A stretch of DNA of 64,000 bases, from NCBI GenBank assembly GCA_964571855.1, contig CAZNDO010000017.1, positions 8,393-72,392 on the forward strand, written 5' to 3'. A program made the position numbers and the translations under genes. Positions 46,299-56,377 of this stretch are shown here, piece by piece. The notes beneath the pieces were generated by a model, which saw nothing but the letters and a program-made list of their open reading frames with translations, had not been told where the DNA came from and ran no database searches. Every line of letters starts with the position of its first letter. Position 1 is the first letter of the stretch. The DNA comes from an uncultured Gemmatimonadota bacterium. Its GTDB lineage: Bacteria > ARS69.

Positions 46299-46812
46299 GG
46301 CGGTACGCCCCCTTCAGGCAACGATGGACCTGCATGCGAAGGGCCCCCACGGTCTTCCCCCACTGCTTGGCCAGTTCCTCGTAGGGCTCGCCATGGAACA
46401 TGCGCTGGACGAGGAGCTTCGGACAGTCCGGCATCTCCCTCCCCAGCCGGCTCAGGATCCCGATGACCTGGATCCTGGCCAGCACGGACTCGGGCGCCGC
46501 ATCAGGAAGCAGGCCGGCGTAACCTCGCTCCGCCCGACGGCGCCGCTCCTCCCGGCGGTACATCCTGACGTAGGTGTGGAAAACCGTGCGTCCGACGTAT
46601 GCCTGGATCTCGCGCCCGCCGGGCCGCTCCATCCTACGGAACGCTGCCGACCGCCAGATGGCCGCTTCGGCCTCGCTCGCCACGTCGTCACGGTCGAACC
46701 CCTCGTGGCTTCTCCACACGTAGGTCCGCGCCGCCGCGACGCATAGCCGGTGGATCTCCTCGATCGTGGTCGGGAAAAGGTCATCGCCACCTGCAGCGTC
46801 GTCGATCGACAG
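46288..46812 (-). CDS. ECF sigma factor. The start is uncertain and may be a CTG near 46812.
   Basis: The region 2-like segment is DVASEAEAAIWRS..ERPGGREIQAYVGRTVFHTYVRMYRREERRR. The region 4 HTH is VQRMFHGEPYEELAKQWGKTVGALRMQVHRCLKGAYRL. GGGAGG lies just upstream of the proposed start. Confidence 0.6.
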   Translation of the reverse strand: MSIDDAAGGDDLFPTTIEEIHRLCVAAARTYVWRSHEGFDRDDVASEAEAAIWRSAAFRRMERPGGREIQAYVGRTVFHTYVRMYRREERRRRAERGYAGLLPDAAPESVLARIQVIGILSRLGREMPDCPKLLVQRMFHGEPYEELAKQWGKTVGALRMQVHRCLKGAYRLAS

Positions 46813-47099
46813 GACGCACCTCCCGCCAGGGTCCCCTCCGCCCGGACATCGGCGACCGAGCCTAGATCCGCGTCCGGAGCCGGACAAGCCGGATCCTGCA
46901 ACTTTGTCTGTGACAGTTCCTCGCCTGCGCGCCTCTTCCCTGTCAGGTGGTGCGGAACGACAGAAGGACAGCACGACGCCAACGCTGCGCGTCGGCCTCG
47001 GATTCCGCCCTCCCGCCTCTCCCCGGCACCGTCGAGCGGGGTGCGAGGCCCTCGGTTCGACGGAGTACCTTCGTGTCGAGAGACCGGAAGGGACAGGAC

Positions 47100-48974
47100 A
47101 TGGTTCATAAGACGACTTCCAGGATGGCGCTCGCGGTGGCGCTCCTCCTCCTGGGGGGCTCTCGTGGCACCGCGGCGAGCTGGCAGACCTGGCTCCATGA
47201 CGACTTCGACGTGCTCGACTCCGGTCGCTGGAACGCGGCCGGGACCGGCTCCGTCGCTGCTGTGGGTGGTCAGCTGCAGATCGGAAGCGGCCCCGCGATC
47301 GGCAGCGGCGAACAGGTGGAATCGGTGGCCAGTTTCAACCTGGCGTCCTGCAACTACGCCCTGACGATCCGGTGCCGTCCGCAGACGCCGCTCGTCGACC
47401 GCAATGACAGCGCCAACTGGGGCTTCATGCACACCGAGGATCCGGCGTACTCCCTGCTCCACTTCAAGCTGCTCACGTGCTATCCGCCGGACCCGGAGTG
47501 GTACGCGGAGGTCACCGATCAGGTGGCCTCGAAGACCCTGCACCGTCGGGTGCTGGGGAACTCCGGTTGGGAGCCGATGACCGAGTACCGGATCGAGGTG
47601 GTGGACGGTGTCGCGACGTTCTTCGTGGACGGCGACGTCGTGTTCGTTCACGGGTGCCCACCGCTCCCGCCTGGTGACTACCGGATCCACCTGAACAAGA
47701 CGTCTCCCGGCGCGGATCGCTACCTGTACGTGGACTCCGTGCATCTCGAGTTCGACGCGGAGGACCCGGACTGCGCCGTGGCGCGACCGACCATCCTGAT
47801 GTCCTCGGATCGGTCCGCGAACGGTAGCCACGACATCTGGGCGATGGAGCCGGACGGGCTCTGGCTTCGCCCGCTGACGGACACCCCGTCCGTGGATGAG
47901 TGGTATCCCCGGATCTCACCGGAGGGCCGCCGGATCCTCGCGACCTCGAGGGACTCGAGCCTCGGCAGCCGCGGGAACGGCCGGCTCTACCTGATGGACG
48001 CCGACGGCGGCAACCGGCGCGAGATCTTCACGAACGTCCCGAACAAGTCGCCGCTCGCGGCGGCGTGGTCGGCGGACGGAACGCGAATCCTCCTCGGGGT
48101 CCACCTGGGCCCGGACGACGAGCGCCACGACCTCTGGAGCTACGAGTTGCTGCCGAACGGCGATGCCGCGGACCCCGTTCCGCTCACGGCTCAGGCGGAG
48201 ATCTCCCAGGCAGCCGCGCCGCACGTGTCCCCGGATGGATCTCTCGTCGCGTTCTCCGGCGGCGAGGTCGGGGCGCGCGCCGGGCTGCATGTCGTGGACA
48301 CGGCCGGGGGACACCAGTACACGATGCACGTGGCCTCCGGGGATCCGACCGTGAACCTGCAGTTCCCGCGCTGGTCGTCCGACGGGCAGAGCCTCGTGGC
48401 TCAGGCGGAGTTCCCCGGAGGTACGCACCAGGTCCGCCTGGTGGCCTATCCCGGCGGTGCCCAGGACACGGTGACGGCCGGTACGGGCCACAATCACCCC
48501 ACGTTTCGTTCCGACGTCTCGATCCTCTTCGGCTCGGCGTGGGCCGGTACGCCCGACGTCTGGGGGATCGACGCCGACGGGACGAACGCCGCACCGATCC
48601 TCGTTGATCCGGCCAGCGACCAGATGCCCGAGTACGGAGCGCTGGTGCTGCTTCCGGACGAGGTCCCCACCGCGGCGCCCGATGCGGCAGCGAGCATCGT
48701 GGACCCGGCCGGAGAGCTTGTCGTGTACCCGAACCCCAATGGCAGCCGCGAATTCGAGGTGCGGTACGCCGCGCCGCGTGGCGGCCCCGTGCATCTGGAC
48801 GTGTTTGACGTCGCGGGCCGCAGGATCCGCTCGTTGGGATCGCGCGCCTCGGCCGGCCTCGTGCGCTGGGACGGTACCGACGGCGACGGGCGCCGTGTCA
48901 CGGCAGGCGTGTACTTCATCCGGCTTCGGGCCGACGGGGGCACGCGAGCGAAGCGGGTCGTCATCGTGAACTGA
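47100..48974 (+). CDS. Secreted protein with a LamG-like N-terminal domain, TolB/PD40-like beta-propeller repeats and a FlgD-Ig/T9SS-like C-terminal domain
   Basis: GGAAGG lies upstream of the ATG. The signal peptide is MVHKTTSRMALAVALLLLGGSRGTAA. The PD40-like repeats are SPEGRRILATS, SADGTRILLG, SPDGSLVAFSG and SSDGQSLVAQ. The C-terminal domain reads VYPNPNGSREFEVRYAAP..LDVFDVAGRRIRSL..WDGTDGDGRRVTAGVYFIRL. Confidence 0.75.
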   Translation: MVHKTTSRMALAVALLLLGGSRGTAASWQTWLHDDFDVLDSGRWNAAGTGSVAAVGGQLQIGSGPAIGSGEQVESVASFNLASCNYALTIRCRPQTPLVDRNDSANWGFMHTEDPAYSLLHFKLLTCYPPDPEWYAEVTDQVASKTLHRRVLGNSGWEPMTEYRIEVVDGVATFFVDGDVVFVHGCPPLPPGDYRIHLNKTSPGADRYLYVDSVHLEFDAEDPDCAVARPTILMSSDRSANGSHDIWAMEPDGLWLRPLTDTPSVDEWYPRISPEGRRILATSRDSSLGSRGNGRLYLMDADGGNRREIFTNVPNKSPLAAAWSADGTRILLGVHLGPDDERHDLWSYELLPNGDAADPVPLTAQAEISQAAAPHVSPDGSLVAFSGGEVGARAGLHVVDTAGGHQYTMHVASGDPTVNLQFPRWSSDGQSLVAQAEFPGGTHQVRLVAYPGGAQDTVTAGTGHNHPTFRSDVSILFGSAWAGTPDVWGIDADGTNAAPILVDPASDQMPEYGALVLLPDEVPTAAPDAAASIVDPAGELVVYPNPNGSREFEVRYAAPRGGPVHLDVFDVAGRRIRSLGSRASAGLVRWDGTDGDGRRVTAGVYFIRLRADGGTRAKRVVIVN

Positions 48975-49226
48975 GCGGCGACACGACTGCCGCAGGGAGT
49001 CCCGGGCGGCCCGGGATCGCGAGGGGGACGCGCTTCTTGTCGCGCCATCCATCTCGCGCCCGGGCCGCCCGCGTGGCACGGCCGTCACGGGGGTGGGCCG
49101 GTCCACCACGGCCCACGACCGGTTCGAGAGAAGCGGCGTGAACGAGGTTTGCCGGAGGCGGGTCCGTTCCCTAGAATCCCGGCAGCGTGATCGTCCGACC
49201 CGTCCCCTGGACCCCAAGGAGCACCC

Positions 49227-51863
49227 ATGGTCCGGTCCTTCCTGCTCGGCCTGCTCGCGGCGGCCCTCCCCGCCCTGACCCACGCCCAGTCCGTCCAGGC
49301 CCCGCGCCTGCACGTGCTGGAGAACGGCCTGCGGATCCTCACCGTGGAGGACCACTCCGTTCCCCTCGTGACCGTGACGTGGAGCGCGCACGTGGGCGAC
49401 AGCGCCGAGCCGCCGGACTTCGTGGGCAACTCGCACTACCTGGAGCATCTCCTGCTCTTCCGCGGCACGGAGAAGCACCCGAAGAACGCCATCGGCGAGT
49501 GGGTAGCGGGCCGCGGCGGCTACCTCAACGGCCACACGTGGTACGACTACACCACCTTCGAGATCATGTGCGCACCGTCCGACCTGGACGAGGCGCTCGC
49601 TCGGCACCGCGAGATGATGTTCCACGCGGCGTTCTCCGGCGAGGACTTCGAGCTGGAGAAGAAGGCGGTGTTCGAGGAGCTGCGCTCGTCGCTGGATCAG
49701 CCGTACGGGTATCTCTGGCTCACGTCACCCTACAAGATGTACCCGGGCGAGACGTACTACTCGCGCTCCACGATCGGCACGATCGAGAGCGTGCAGGCCG
49801 CCACCGTGCAGCGCGTGCGCAAGTACTACAAGGACTACTACGTCCCCAGCAACATGACGGTGGCGATCGTGGGGGACATCGACACGGACGAGGCCGTGGC
49901 GAAGGCGCGCGCGCAGTTCGCCTCCTACCCCGCCGGCAAGGCGCCGGCGCCGCGCTACCAGCCCATGGGCATGAAGCCCGGCATCACCGTGGTCACCGAG
50001 GAACGCGACCAGGGCAAGGCGTACTTCGTGCTCGCGTTCGAGGGACCGGACGCGGCGTCGCCGGACTGGTTCCCCTACGTGGTGCTGACCGCCTATCTCG
50101 CGAACGGCAACACCGCGCTGCTGCGCGACGAGCTGGTGACGCAGCGGGAGCTGCTGGACGAGCTGTCCATGGACGCCCTCCCGCGGAAGTACCCGTCGGG
50201 TTGGCAGTCGTTCGACGGCGAGGGGGAGCCGGGGAAGATCGCGGAGGCCGTGGGCGCCATGTGGGAGCTGGCGGCGGAGGTGGCCGCCGGGCGCGTCACG
50301 GACGAGGACGTGGAGCTGGCGCGCCAGCGTCTCGTGGCCGCGCACGGCGTGCAGTGCGACGACCAGTACAACGTGGCGTCCCGGCTCGTGGAAGCGGACG
50401 CGCACGGGGACTACCGGCTGTTCTCGGAGTTCCCGGAGCGGCTGGCGCAGGTGACGCGCGCGGATGTGCGGGCCGTGGCGCGCAAGTACCTCACGCCGGA
50501 CCACTTCTTCCTGATGGCCAGCTTCCCGAAGGACGGCACGCCGGAGGGCTTCGAGGACGCCATCCGCGCGACCGGCGAGGAGACGGGCGGCGGTGCGGAC
50601 CTCACGTCCACGGTGCTGGCCTCCGGAGCCACGTTGATCCACGAGTCGCGGCCGGGGGCGTCGGTGGAGAGCTTCACCGTGGCGGTGCAGGCCGGCGACC
50701 GCGACGGCGACGCGGCCGGGCTGGCCAGCGCCGTGGCGCGGCTGATGACGCGGCAGACCAAGTCCATGGACAAGGACGAACTGCAGGACTACCTGGACCG
50801 CAACGCGTTCCGGCTGGCTTCGTGGACCACGGCGGACGGCGCGTTCTTCTCCGTGCAATGCCCGGCGGGATCCTCCGAGGAGGCAGCGAAGCTCCTCGTG
50901 GACGTGCTCACCGCGCCCGCGTTCCCCGAGGACGAGTGGGAGGCGCTGCGTACGGAGATCCTGGCGGAGATCGGCCGGGCCGTGGACCAGCCCGCGACGG
51001 TCGCGCGCGACGCGCTGCAGACCGCGATCTTCGGCGGCACGCCGTACGGGCGCTCCATGGAGGACGAGCGCGCGGCCGTGGCGGAGCTGACCACGAAGGA
51101 CCTCGCGGCGTTCTGGAAGGAGCGGTACCGCGCGGGCGCGATGGCCGTGTGCTTCTGCGGCGACGCGGGCGCGGAGGATGTGGCCGAGGCGCTGGCCGGA
51201 TTGGCGAAGGTGAAGGGCAACGCGCCGGCACGCGCGGAGATCGAAGGCGACCGCCCCGAGGGCGAAGAGCACCTTGCGAAGCCCATGGCCGGCAAGACGC
51301 AGGCGAACCTGTACGTGGCGTGGCCCGCTCCCGCGCTCGGCACGGACGACTGGGTGCGCTGGGCGCTCGCCGAGAAGGCGATCGGCGGCGACCTCGCGGG
51401 CCGGCTGTGGAAGCTGCGCCAGGACGAAGGGCTGGCCTACAGCGTGTGGATGGAAGGCTGGGCGCGGCGGGACTTCCCCATCACCTACGTGTACATGGCC
51501 ACCGCCGCGGAGCAGCGCGAGAAGGCGCTGGCGGCGATCCACCGCGAGGTGAAGAAGGCCGCGGCGGGACTCACCGAGGAGGAGTTGGCGCGCGTGAAGG
51601 TCTCGTTCCTGGCCACGATCAACCGCCTGGACCGGACCGCGCAGCGGCGCTCGAACCGGATGGCGGACTGGTGGAGCCTGGGCCTGCCCGTGGACTGGCG
51701 CACGCGGATGGCGGAGGTCGTGCAGGAGACGACGCTCGCGGACGTGAACCGCGTGGTGGCGAGCGTGGTGGATCCCGCGCGGTACCACTTCGTGGAGGCG
51801 GGGACGGTGCCGGAGGTTGCCGGCGGCGGCAGCGGGGCGGGAGCGGGGGCGGGAGGGCGGTGA
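49227..51863 (+). CDS. M16-family zinc peptidase (pitrilysin-like, two M16 units)
   Basis: AAGGAG lies 6 nt upstream of the ATG, and a signal peptide follows. The inverted zinc motif is HYLEHLLF (HxxEH). Confidence 0.85.
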   Translation: MVRSFLLGLLAAALPALTHAQSVQAPRLHVLENGLRILTVEDHSVPLVTVTWSAHVGDSAEPPDFVGNSHYLEHLLLFRGTEKHPKNAIGEWVAGRGGYLNGHTWYDYTTFEIMCAPSDLDEALARHREMMFHAAFSGEDFELEKKAVFEELRSSLDQPYGYLWLTSPYKMYPGETYYSRSTIGTIESVQAATVQRVRKYYKDYYVPSNMTVAIVGDIDTDEAVAKARAQFASYPAGKAPAPRYQPMGMKPGITVVTEERDQGKAYFVLAFEGPDAASPDWFPYVVLTAYLANGNTALLRDELVTQRELLDELSMDALPRKYPSGWQSFDGEGEPGKIAEAVGAMWELAAEVAAGRVTDEDVELARQRLVAAHGVQCDDQYNVASRLVEADAHGDYRLFSEFPERLAQVTRADVRAVARKYLTPDHFFLMASFPKDGTPEGFEDAIRATGEETGGGADLTSTVLASGATLIHESRPGASVESFTVAVQAGDRDGDAAGLASAVARLMTRQTKSMDKDELQDYLDRNAFRLASWTTADGAFFSVQCPAGSSEEAAKLLVDVLTAPAFPEDEWEALRTEILAEIGRAVDQPATVARDALQTAIFGGTPYGRSMEDERAAVAELTTKDLAAFWKERYRAGAMAVCFCGDAGAEDVAEALAGLAKVKGNAPARAEIEGDRPEGEEHLAKPMAGKTQANLYVAWPAPALGTDDWVRWALAEKAIGGDLAGRLWKLRQDEGLAYSVWMEGWARRDFPITYVYMATAAEQREKALAAIHREVKKAAAGLTEEELARVKVSFLATINRLDRTAQRRSNRMADWWSLGLPVDWRTRMAEVVQETTLADVNRVVASVVDPARYHFVEAGTVPEVAGGGSGAGAGAGGR

Positions 51864-51905
51864 GGCGGCGCGCCATCGTAGAACGGCGCGCTACCCGACG
51901 AAGCG

Positions 51906-52667
51906 TCAGGTCCCGAACTGGACCGCGAGGTACCGGTCCACCGCCGCCGCGTCGCTCGCATGGAGGTCATCGAGCCGTTCCATGAGCTGATCCGCGACGG
52001 CCACGCCCCTGGCCGGCTTCTTCAGGACCTTGATCGAGGGGCCGAGCCGTCGCGGACCGGCGAGAGTCGGAAGCGTGCCGATTCCGAGGCTCCCGCCGGG
52101 GTCGCGGAGTTCGATGCCTTGCACGTGCGCCGTGACCGAGTTGTACGTCTCGTTGCTGACGACGAGCCACGGCGTGGCGCTGCCGCACACGGACCACACC
52201 GACAGGCGAGGCACGGGGGACGGCCGGCCGTCGGCGGCCACGTCACGAGGCGCCCGGAAGACCTTCGCCAAGGACGCCATCCGGCCCGGGAGCTGCAGCT
52301 GGACCGCAAGGAGGTCCAGGGCGCCGAAGCCGCGACGGCATCCCTGCCCCGAGAAGAACCGCTCATCCACCCTCCCGGACCGGGCCGGAAGGCGGCTTGC
52401 CTCGCGGGTGGCGATGAGCGTCGCGGTGATGGGCCGCGTCGTGTCGAATGGGCGACCACGCTCCGCGTGGTAGATCCCCGCGTCGTCGAGAAAGCACGCG
52501 AACGGGAAGCGGACCTGGGCCGTGCTGCCGAGCGAGGACGAGATGACCGTCACCAGGCCGGTGTCGCGCGTGTACTCCTCCGAGCTCACCCCGAACGCGA
52601 AGTGGCGCAGCCCGGAGCGCGGTTCACCGGGCAGGTCGATCCCGATCTCGTAGACGTCTCCTCGCAT
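51906..52667 (-). CDS. Hypothetical protein of 253 aa
   Basis: AGGAGG lies 11 nt upstream of the ATG at 52667. The amino-acid composition looks protein-like, but no family was recognised. Confidence 0.4.
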   Translation of the reverse strand: MRGDVYEIGIDLPGEPRSGLRHFAFGVSSEEYTRDTGLVTVISSSLGSTAQVRFPFACFLDDAGIYHAERGRPFDTTRPITATLIATREASRLPARSGRVDERFFSGQGCRRGFGALDLLAVQLQLPGRMASLAKVFRAPRDVAADGRPSPVPRLSVWSVCGSATPWLVVSNETYNSVTAHVQGIELRDPGGSLGIGTLPTLAGPRRLGPSIKVLKKPARGVAVADQLMERLDDLHASDAAAVDRYLAVQFGT

Positions 52668-52826
52668 CCCAACCGGTCCTCCTGCACGCTCGGGCCGTGC
52701 GATCCGGAGACTCCTGCGTGGCTCTTGCCCTGCCGCCCAGTCGCGAGCGAAGTGTACCGCGTCGGAAAGAGCAGTGCGCACGTCGCTGACCGGCGCAGGA
52801 CGGACGCAGCGAGGTCCGAGGGGAGT

Positions 52827-53246
52827 TCAGAGCTTGGCGTTCTTCCGTCCGAGATCGCGATCGCGTGCCCGCCTGCCCGCGAGGAACGAGCTCGTCAAGC
52901 CCAGCACAGCGGTCGTTCCGAGGATGCCGCCCGCAGCGTCGTGCCCCTCGAGGACGAGGATGAACGAGAGCGTCCCGAAGAGCACGGCAAGGACGAACGC
53001 CATGAATTGGCCCCGGCGTTCGTTGGCCGCGTTGCCGGGGATCACAACGGCCTCGATCCGCCTGCGGTGGGCGGCCTGGTCCTCGGCCATGCGGAGAATC
53101 CGTTCGGCCGCGCCAGGGAGGATCTCTTCGTACCGCCGGAGCATCTCCGGCGACGGAATCGGACCCTGGTAGGCTTCAGCCTTCGTGGTGACGCGCGTCT
53201 CGGCCCGGGGAGTGGCGGACCCGCTACCTTGCCCGGGGTTGGGCAT
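52827..53246 (-). CDS. DUF2335-family predicted membrane protein
   Basis: GPIPSPEMLRRYEEILPGAAERILRMAEDQAAHRRRIE is followed by two TM helices. This is the DUF2335 pattern. Confidence 0.65.
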   Translation of the reverse strand: MPNPGQGSGSATPRAETRVTTKAEAYQGPIPSPEMLRRYEEILPGAAERILRMAEDQAAHRRRIEAVVIPGNAANERRGQFMAFVLAVLFGTLSFILVLEGHDAAGGILGTTAVLGLTSSFLAGRRARDRDLGRKNAKL

Positions 53247-53863
53247 GAGGGCCCTGGGACATCGCGAGTCGCAGGTCATCCCCGACGACACCCCAGTCCG
53301 AGGCGATGGCCGCAGCGTCCGCGCGGTCTCCGTCCGACCAATCGTTGTAGCTGTGCTGCGACAGGGTGGCGCCGAGGTCGAACACCCGGGCAACGCCGGT
53401 CAGGAAGGATGGCCGGGCAAACAGGAAGTCGGTGCAGCTCACGCGGACTCCGGATGGCAAGGCTGGAGACTCCTCGGGGAGTTTGGGCCCGTCCGCGGGC
53501 CGTGAGGCTCCGTGGACCGAACGGTAGAGCACTCTAGGTCGAGCCCGCAGGCCCGTCAACGGCCCGGCCGGAGCGGACGTGTCGCAACTTGTTGGGGATC
53601 AGGGAGTTCCATCTTTTGGAGACCGTACGCACGTCCATGTCCACAAGGTCGTTCGGAGCGGCAAGGCCGTCAGTTCTTCCGCTCCGCCTCGCGCCAGGAA
53701 CGTGCCATGCGCTCCAGGTCGTCCACGATTGCGAGCCAGTCGTGCAGCGTGGCCGGGTCGAAATCCGCACGCCGTGACGCGATGGATCGGGTGCTGCTCC
53801 ATGTCGTTCCTACCTCAGCGGCTCGATCCTCACACAGGACGGATCTCCCAGCAGCGGTACATG

Positions 53864-54997
53864 CTACGGACTCCCTCCCGCAATCCGCTTCCAGACTTTG
53901 TCGCCTACATCAGCAGCCGCTTGCGGGAAGTTCCGGATCGGGTCCACACGACCGCTGAAGGTCACGTTCCCTTCGAGTCCGCAGAAGCACTTGCCGCACG
54001 CCTCGGTCAGCTTGCCGCTGCGGATCCGTTCGCGAAGCGGATGGGGCTCATTGAGGACTTCGTGCACGCTCTTCCGCTTCACGGAGTCCTCGGTCGGCAG
54101 GATGGCACAGATCGACACACGGCCGTCGTGCCCCAGGGAGATCCGCTCGCACGCTACCAGGCAGTAGAACTTGTTCACGAGGCCGTCGTAGCTCGGTCGG
54201 CCGGCGGCGCGGTTCCGGAAGTAGCGGCCGATCCAACGCAGGAGTTCGCCGGCGTTGGTCGCCAACCCGAACTCCCGGGCCCGGCCCACGGCGCGCCGGA
54301 GGGTCCGCTCCAGTTCGGGCACTTCTTCCGGGATCAGGAGCAGTTCCGGCTTCCCGACCTTCGCCGTGAGAGGCGGGTAGTTCGGGGCGTCGGTGACCGG
54401 CTGGAAACCGACGGACGTGAACCCGTGCTCGGCCGCCAGGGGCACCAGCTCGTCCACCCGGCGGAAGTTCAGCCGGGTGATCACCGCCCTCAGGTTCCGC
54501 CGGGTGCGGCGCAGGCGCGCCAGCGCGGCCAGCGTCTCCCGGGCCATCCGGTTCGCGTGCGGGCTGTTGCGGATCGCGTTGTGCTCTTCGGGAACGACGG
54601 AGTCCAGCGACAGGTCGATCTCCGCCACGTGCTGGTCCAGAACGGCCAGACGGGCGTCATCGAACGCGCGGGGAACCGATCCGCTCGTGATGGTGGAGAC
54701 CCGGAGCCCGGCGCGCGCGAAGCCGATAAGCACTTCCGAAATGTCCCGCCGGACGAAGGGCTCCCCACCGCCGACGAACACACCCTGCACGCCTTCTCGG
54801 GCGATGTCATCCGCCAGGACCCGCAACTCCTCGGTCGTCCAGTCCTTGTGGTGATCCAGGGACCGGCACTCGCACATCAGGCAGTCCAGCGGGCAGCGGC
54901 CGGTCACGTTCAGGTCGACGACCCGGATTCGCGTCCGGCCGGCGCGGTAGTCGCGGATGGTGGCGAGGTTCTCGGCCACCGCGGCAAGAAGTCCCAT
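53864..54997 (-). CDS. Radical SAM enzyme with a C-terminal SPASM/twitch-type cysteine cluster
   Basis: GGAGGGGA lies upstream of the ATG at 54997. The CxxxCxxC motif is TGRCPLDCLMC. The C-terminal cysteines are CERISLGHDGRVSICA and CGKCFCG. Confidence 0.8.
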   Translation of the reverse strand: MGLLAAVAENLATIRDYRAGRTRIRVVDLNVTGRCPLDCLMCECRSLDHHKDWTTEELRVLADDIAREGVQGVFVGGGEPFVRRDISEVLIGFARAGLRVSTITSGSVPRAFDDARLAVLDQHVAEIDLSLDSVVPEEHNAIRNSPHANRMARETLAALARLRRTRRNLRAVITRLNFRRVDELVPLAAEHGFTSVGFQPVTDAPNYPPLTAKVGKPELLLIPEEVPELERTLRRAVGRAREFGLATNAGELLRWIGRYFRNRAAGRPSYDGLVNKFYCLVACERISLGHDGRVSICAILPTEDSVKRKSVHEVLNEPHPLRERIRSGKLTEACGKCFCGLEGNVTFSGRVDPIRNFPQAAADVGDKVWKRIAGGSP

Positions 54998-55072
54998 TCC
55001 CGATGTCCCCTCCGGCAGTCGATGCGAGGCGCATCCTACGTTACATTGGTCTCCGACTCAACGGGGGCGCGC

Positions 55073-56377
55073 ATGCATCGGGGATTGAAGACGGGGCGTG
55101 CGGTGCGCGTCGTGTGCGGCGCCGGGGTGTTCCTCGCCGCCGCGGCCGGGGCCGGGGCGACGTACTACGGGAAGGGTCCTCTGCCCCTGGCGTCCGATGC
55201 CGCCCGGTTCGGGGGATCGGCCGTCGCCCGACTGCTGTACGCCGGAGACCTCCGGCAGGCCCGGACGCTCTCCGCGGCGTACGTCGTTGGGGTTCCGCGG
55301 TCGTCGCCGGGGGCTCCCGCGGAAACCTGGGCGGCGGCGGCCCGAACCGCGCCCCGGCTGGCCTTCGACGCGCGCAGCGCCGGCCTGGTCAGCCTCCCGT
55401 CCCATGCCTTCGTCTACGAGTCACCGGACAGCCCGTTCCTGGCGAGGCTTCGCGAGGACCAGGGCTTGGACGAGGTGATCGCCGGGCACTCCGATGAGTA
55501 CGAGGCGCAGCTCGCCCTCGGGCGGTGGGCAGGAACGCGCTTCCCCCACCGGATGGATGTGCGCCCCCCGGATTATCCCTGGTTCGACCCCGTGCTCCTG
55601 CTTGATGCCTCCGCCCGGGGCGAAGCCTACTGGTGCGAGATCGCCGCGCGCCTGACGGTGTACGCCGCCGCGTCCGTGGGATGGCCCGCCCGGATTGCCG
55701 TGGTCTCGCGCGTCGGGGGCTCGCCCTACGACCACGCCGTCGCGGAGCTGTGGTCCAACCAGTTCCGGAAGTGGTACGTCCTCGACACGGACTACAACCA
55801 CGTGTTCGAGGTGGAAGGACGCCCGCTGTCCGCCTTCGAGCTGTGCCACGCGGGGCCGGAGCTTGCGGCGGCGGGGAAGCTCTCCCTGCGGCGATTCGCT
55901 CCGGTCAAGGAAGGTGTGGATCCGACGCGGGACCAGATCCCTTACTTCGCCTACGTCCACGTGGACCTCCGGAACGACTGGCTCTCCAGGCGCCTCCGCC
56001 CCGGAAGTCCCGCCGGCGGGGACCGGAACACCCTCTGGACCCGCCGGGAGGGCACGCCGGACCTCCTGACGTTCCGGCAACGGGAGGACGAACAGGACGC
56101 ATTCGACTGGCCCGTGAACTCCGTGGAGCTCCGCGCGCTCGCCGCCACGGACTCTCCCGGTGGGTCGGTGACGATCCGCCTGGGCTTCCGCGCGTACGCC
56201 CCGTACTTCGAGGGATTCGCCCTGTCCGTGGACCACGGGGACTGGGCACGAGTGGACGGTGCGGTCCGGGAGGTCGTCCTCGCCCCCGGTACCCACGAGG
56301 TGGCGGCGCGGGTGCTCACGCGCGGGGGACCAGGCCCTCCCGCCTCGGTTCGACTGGAGGTCCGCCCGGGGTCATGA
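55073..56377 (+). CDS. Transglutaminase-like (papain-fold cysteine protease superfamily) protein with an N-terminal signal/TM segment
   Basis: The protein starts MHRGLKTGRAVRVVCGAGVFLAAAAGAGA. The catalytic-Cys context YWCEIAARLTVYAAASVGWPARIAVVS matches the transglutaminase-core pattern G.C..fA..f..l.ra.GiPaRvv. Downstream His (YDHAVAELW) and Asp (VLDTDYN) candidates are present. Confidence 0.65.
   Translation: MHRGLKTGRAVRVVCGAGVFLAAAAGAGATYYGKGPLPLASDAARFGGSAVARLLYAGDLRQARTLSAAYVVGVPRSSPGAPAETWAAAARTAPRLAFDARSAGLVSLPSHAFVYESPDSPFLARLREDQGLDEVIAGHSDEYEAQLALGRWAGTRFPHRMDVRPPDYPWFDPVLLLDASARGEAYWCEIAARLTVYAAASVGWPARIAVVSRVGGSPYDHAVAELWSNQFRKWYVLDTDYNHVFEVEGRPLSAFELCHAGPELAAAGKLSLRRFAPVKEGVDPTRDQIPYFAYVHVDLRNDWLSRRLRPGSPAGGDRNTLWTRREGTPDLLTFRQREDEQDAFDWPVNSVELRALAATDSPGGSVTIRLGFRAYAPYFEGFALSVDHGDWARVDGAVREVVLAPGTHEVAARVLTRGGPGPPASVRLEVRPGS

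Noticed and set aside
53579-56377. A 932-aa plus-strand ORF spanning the rSAM1 locus
   Set aside because: Only the part from the ATG at 55073 (the transglutaminase-like protein) looks genuine. The upstream 490 aa is the open antisense frame of rSAM1.
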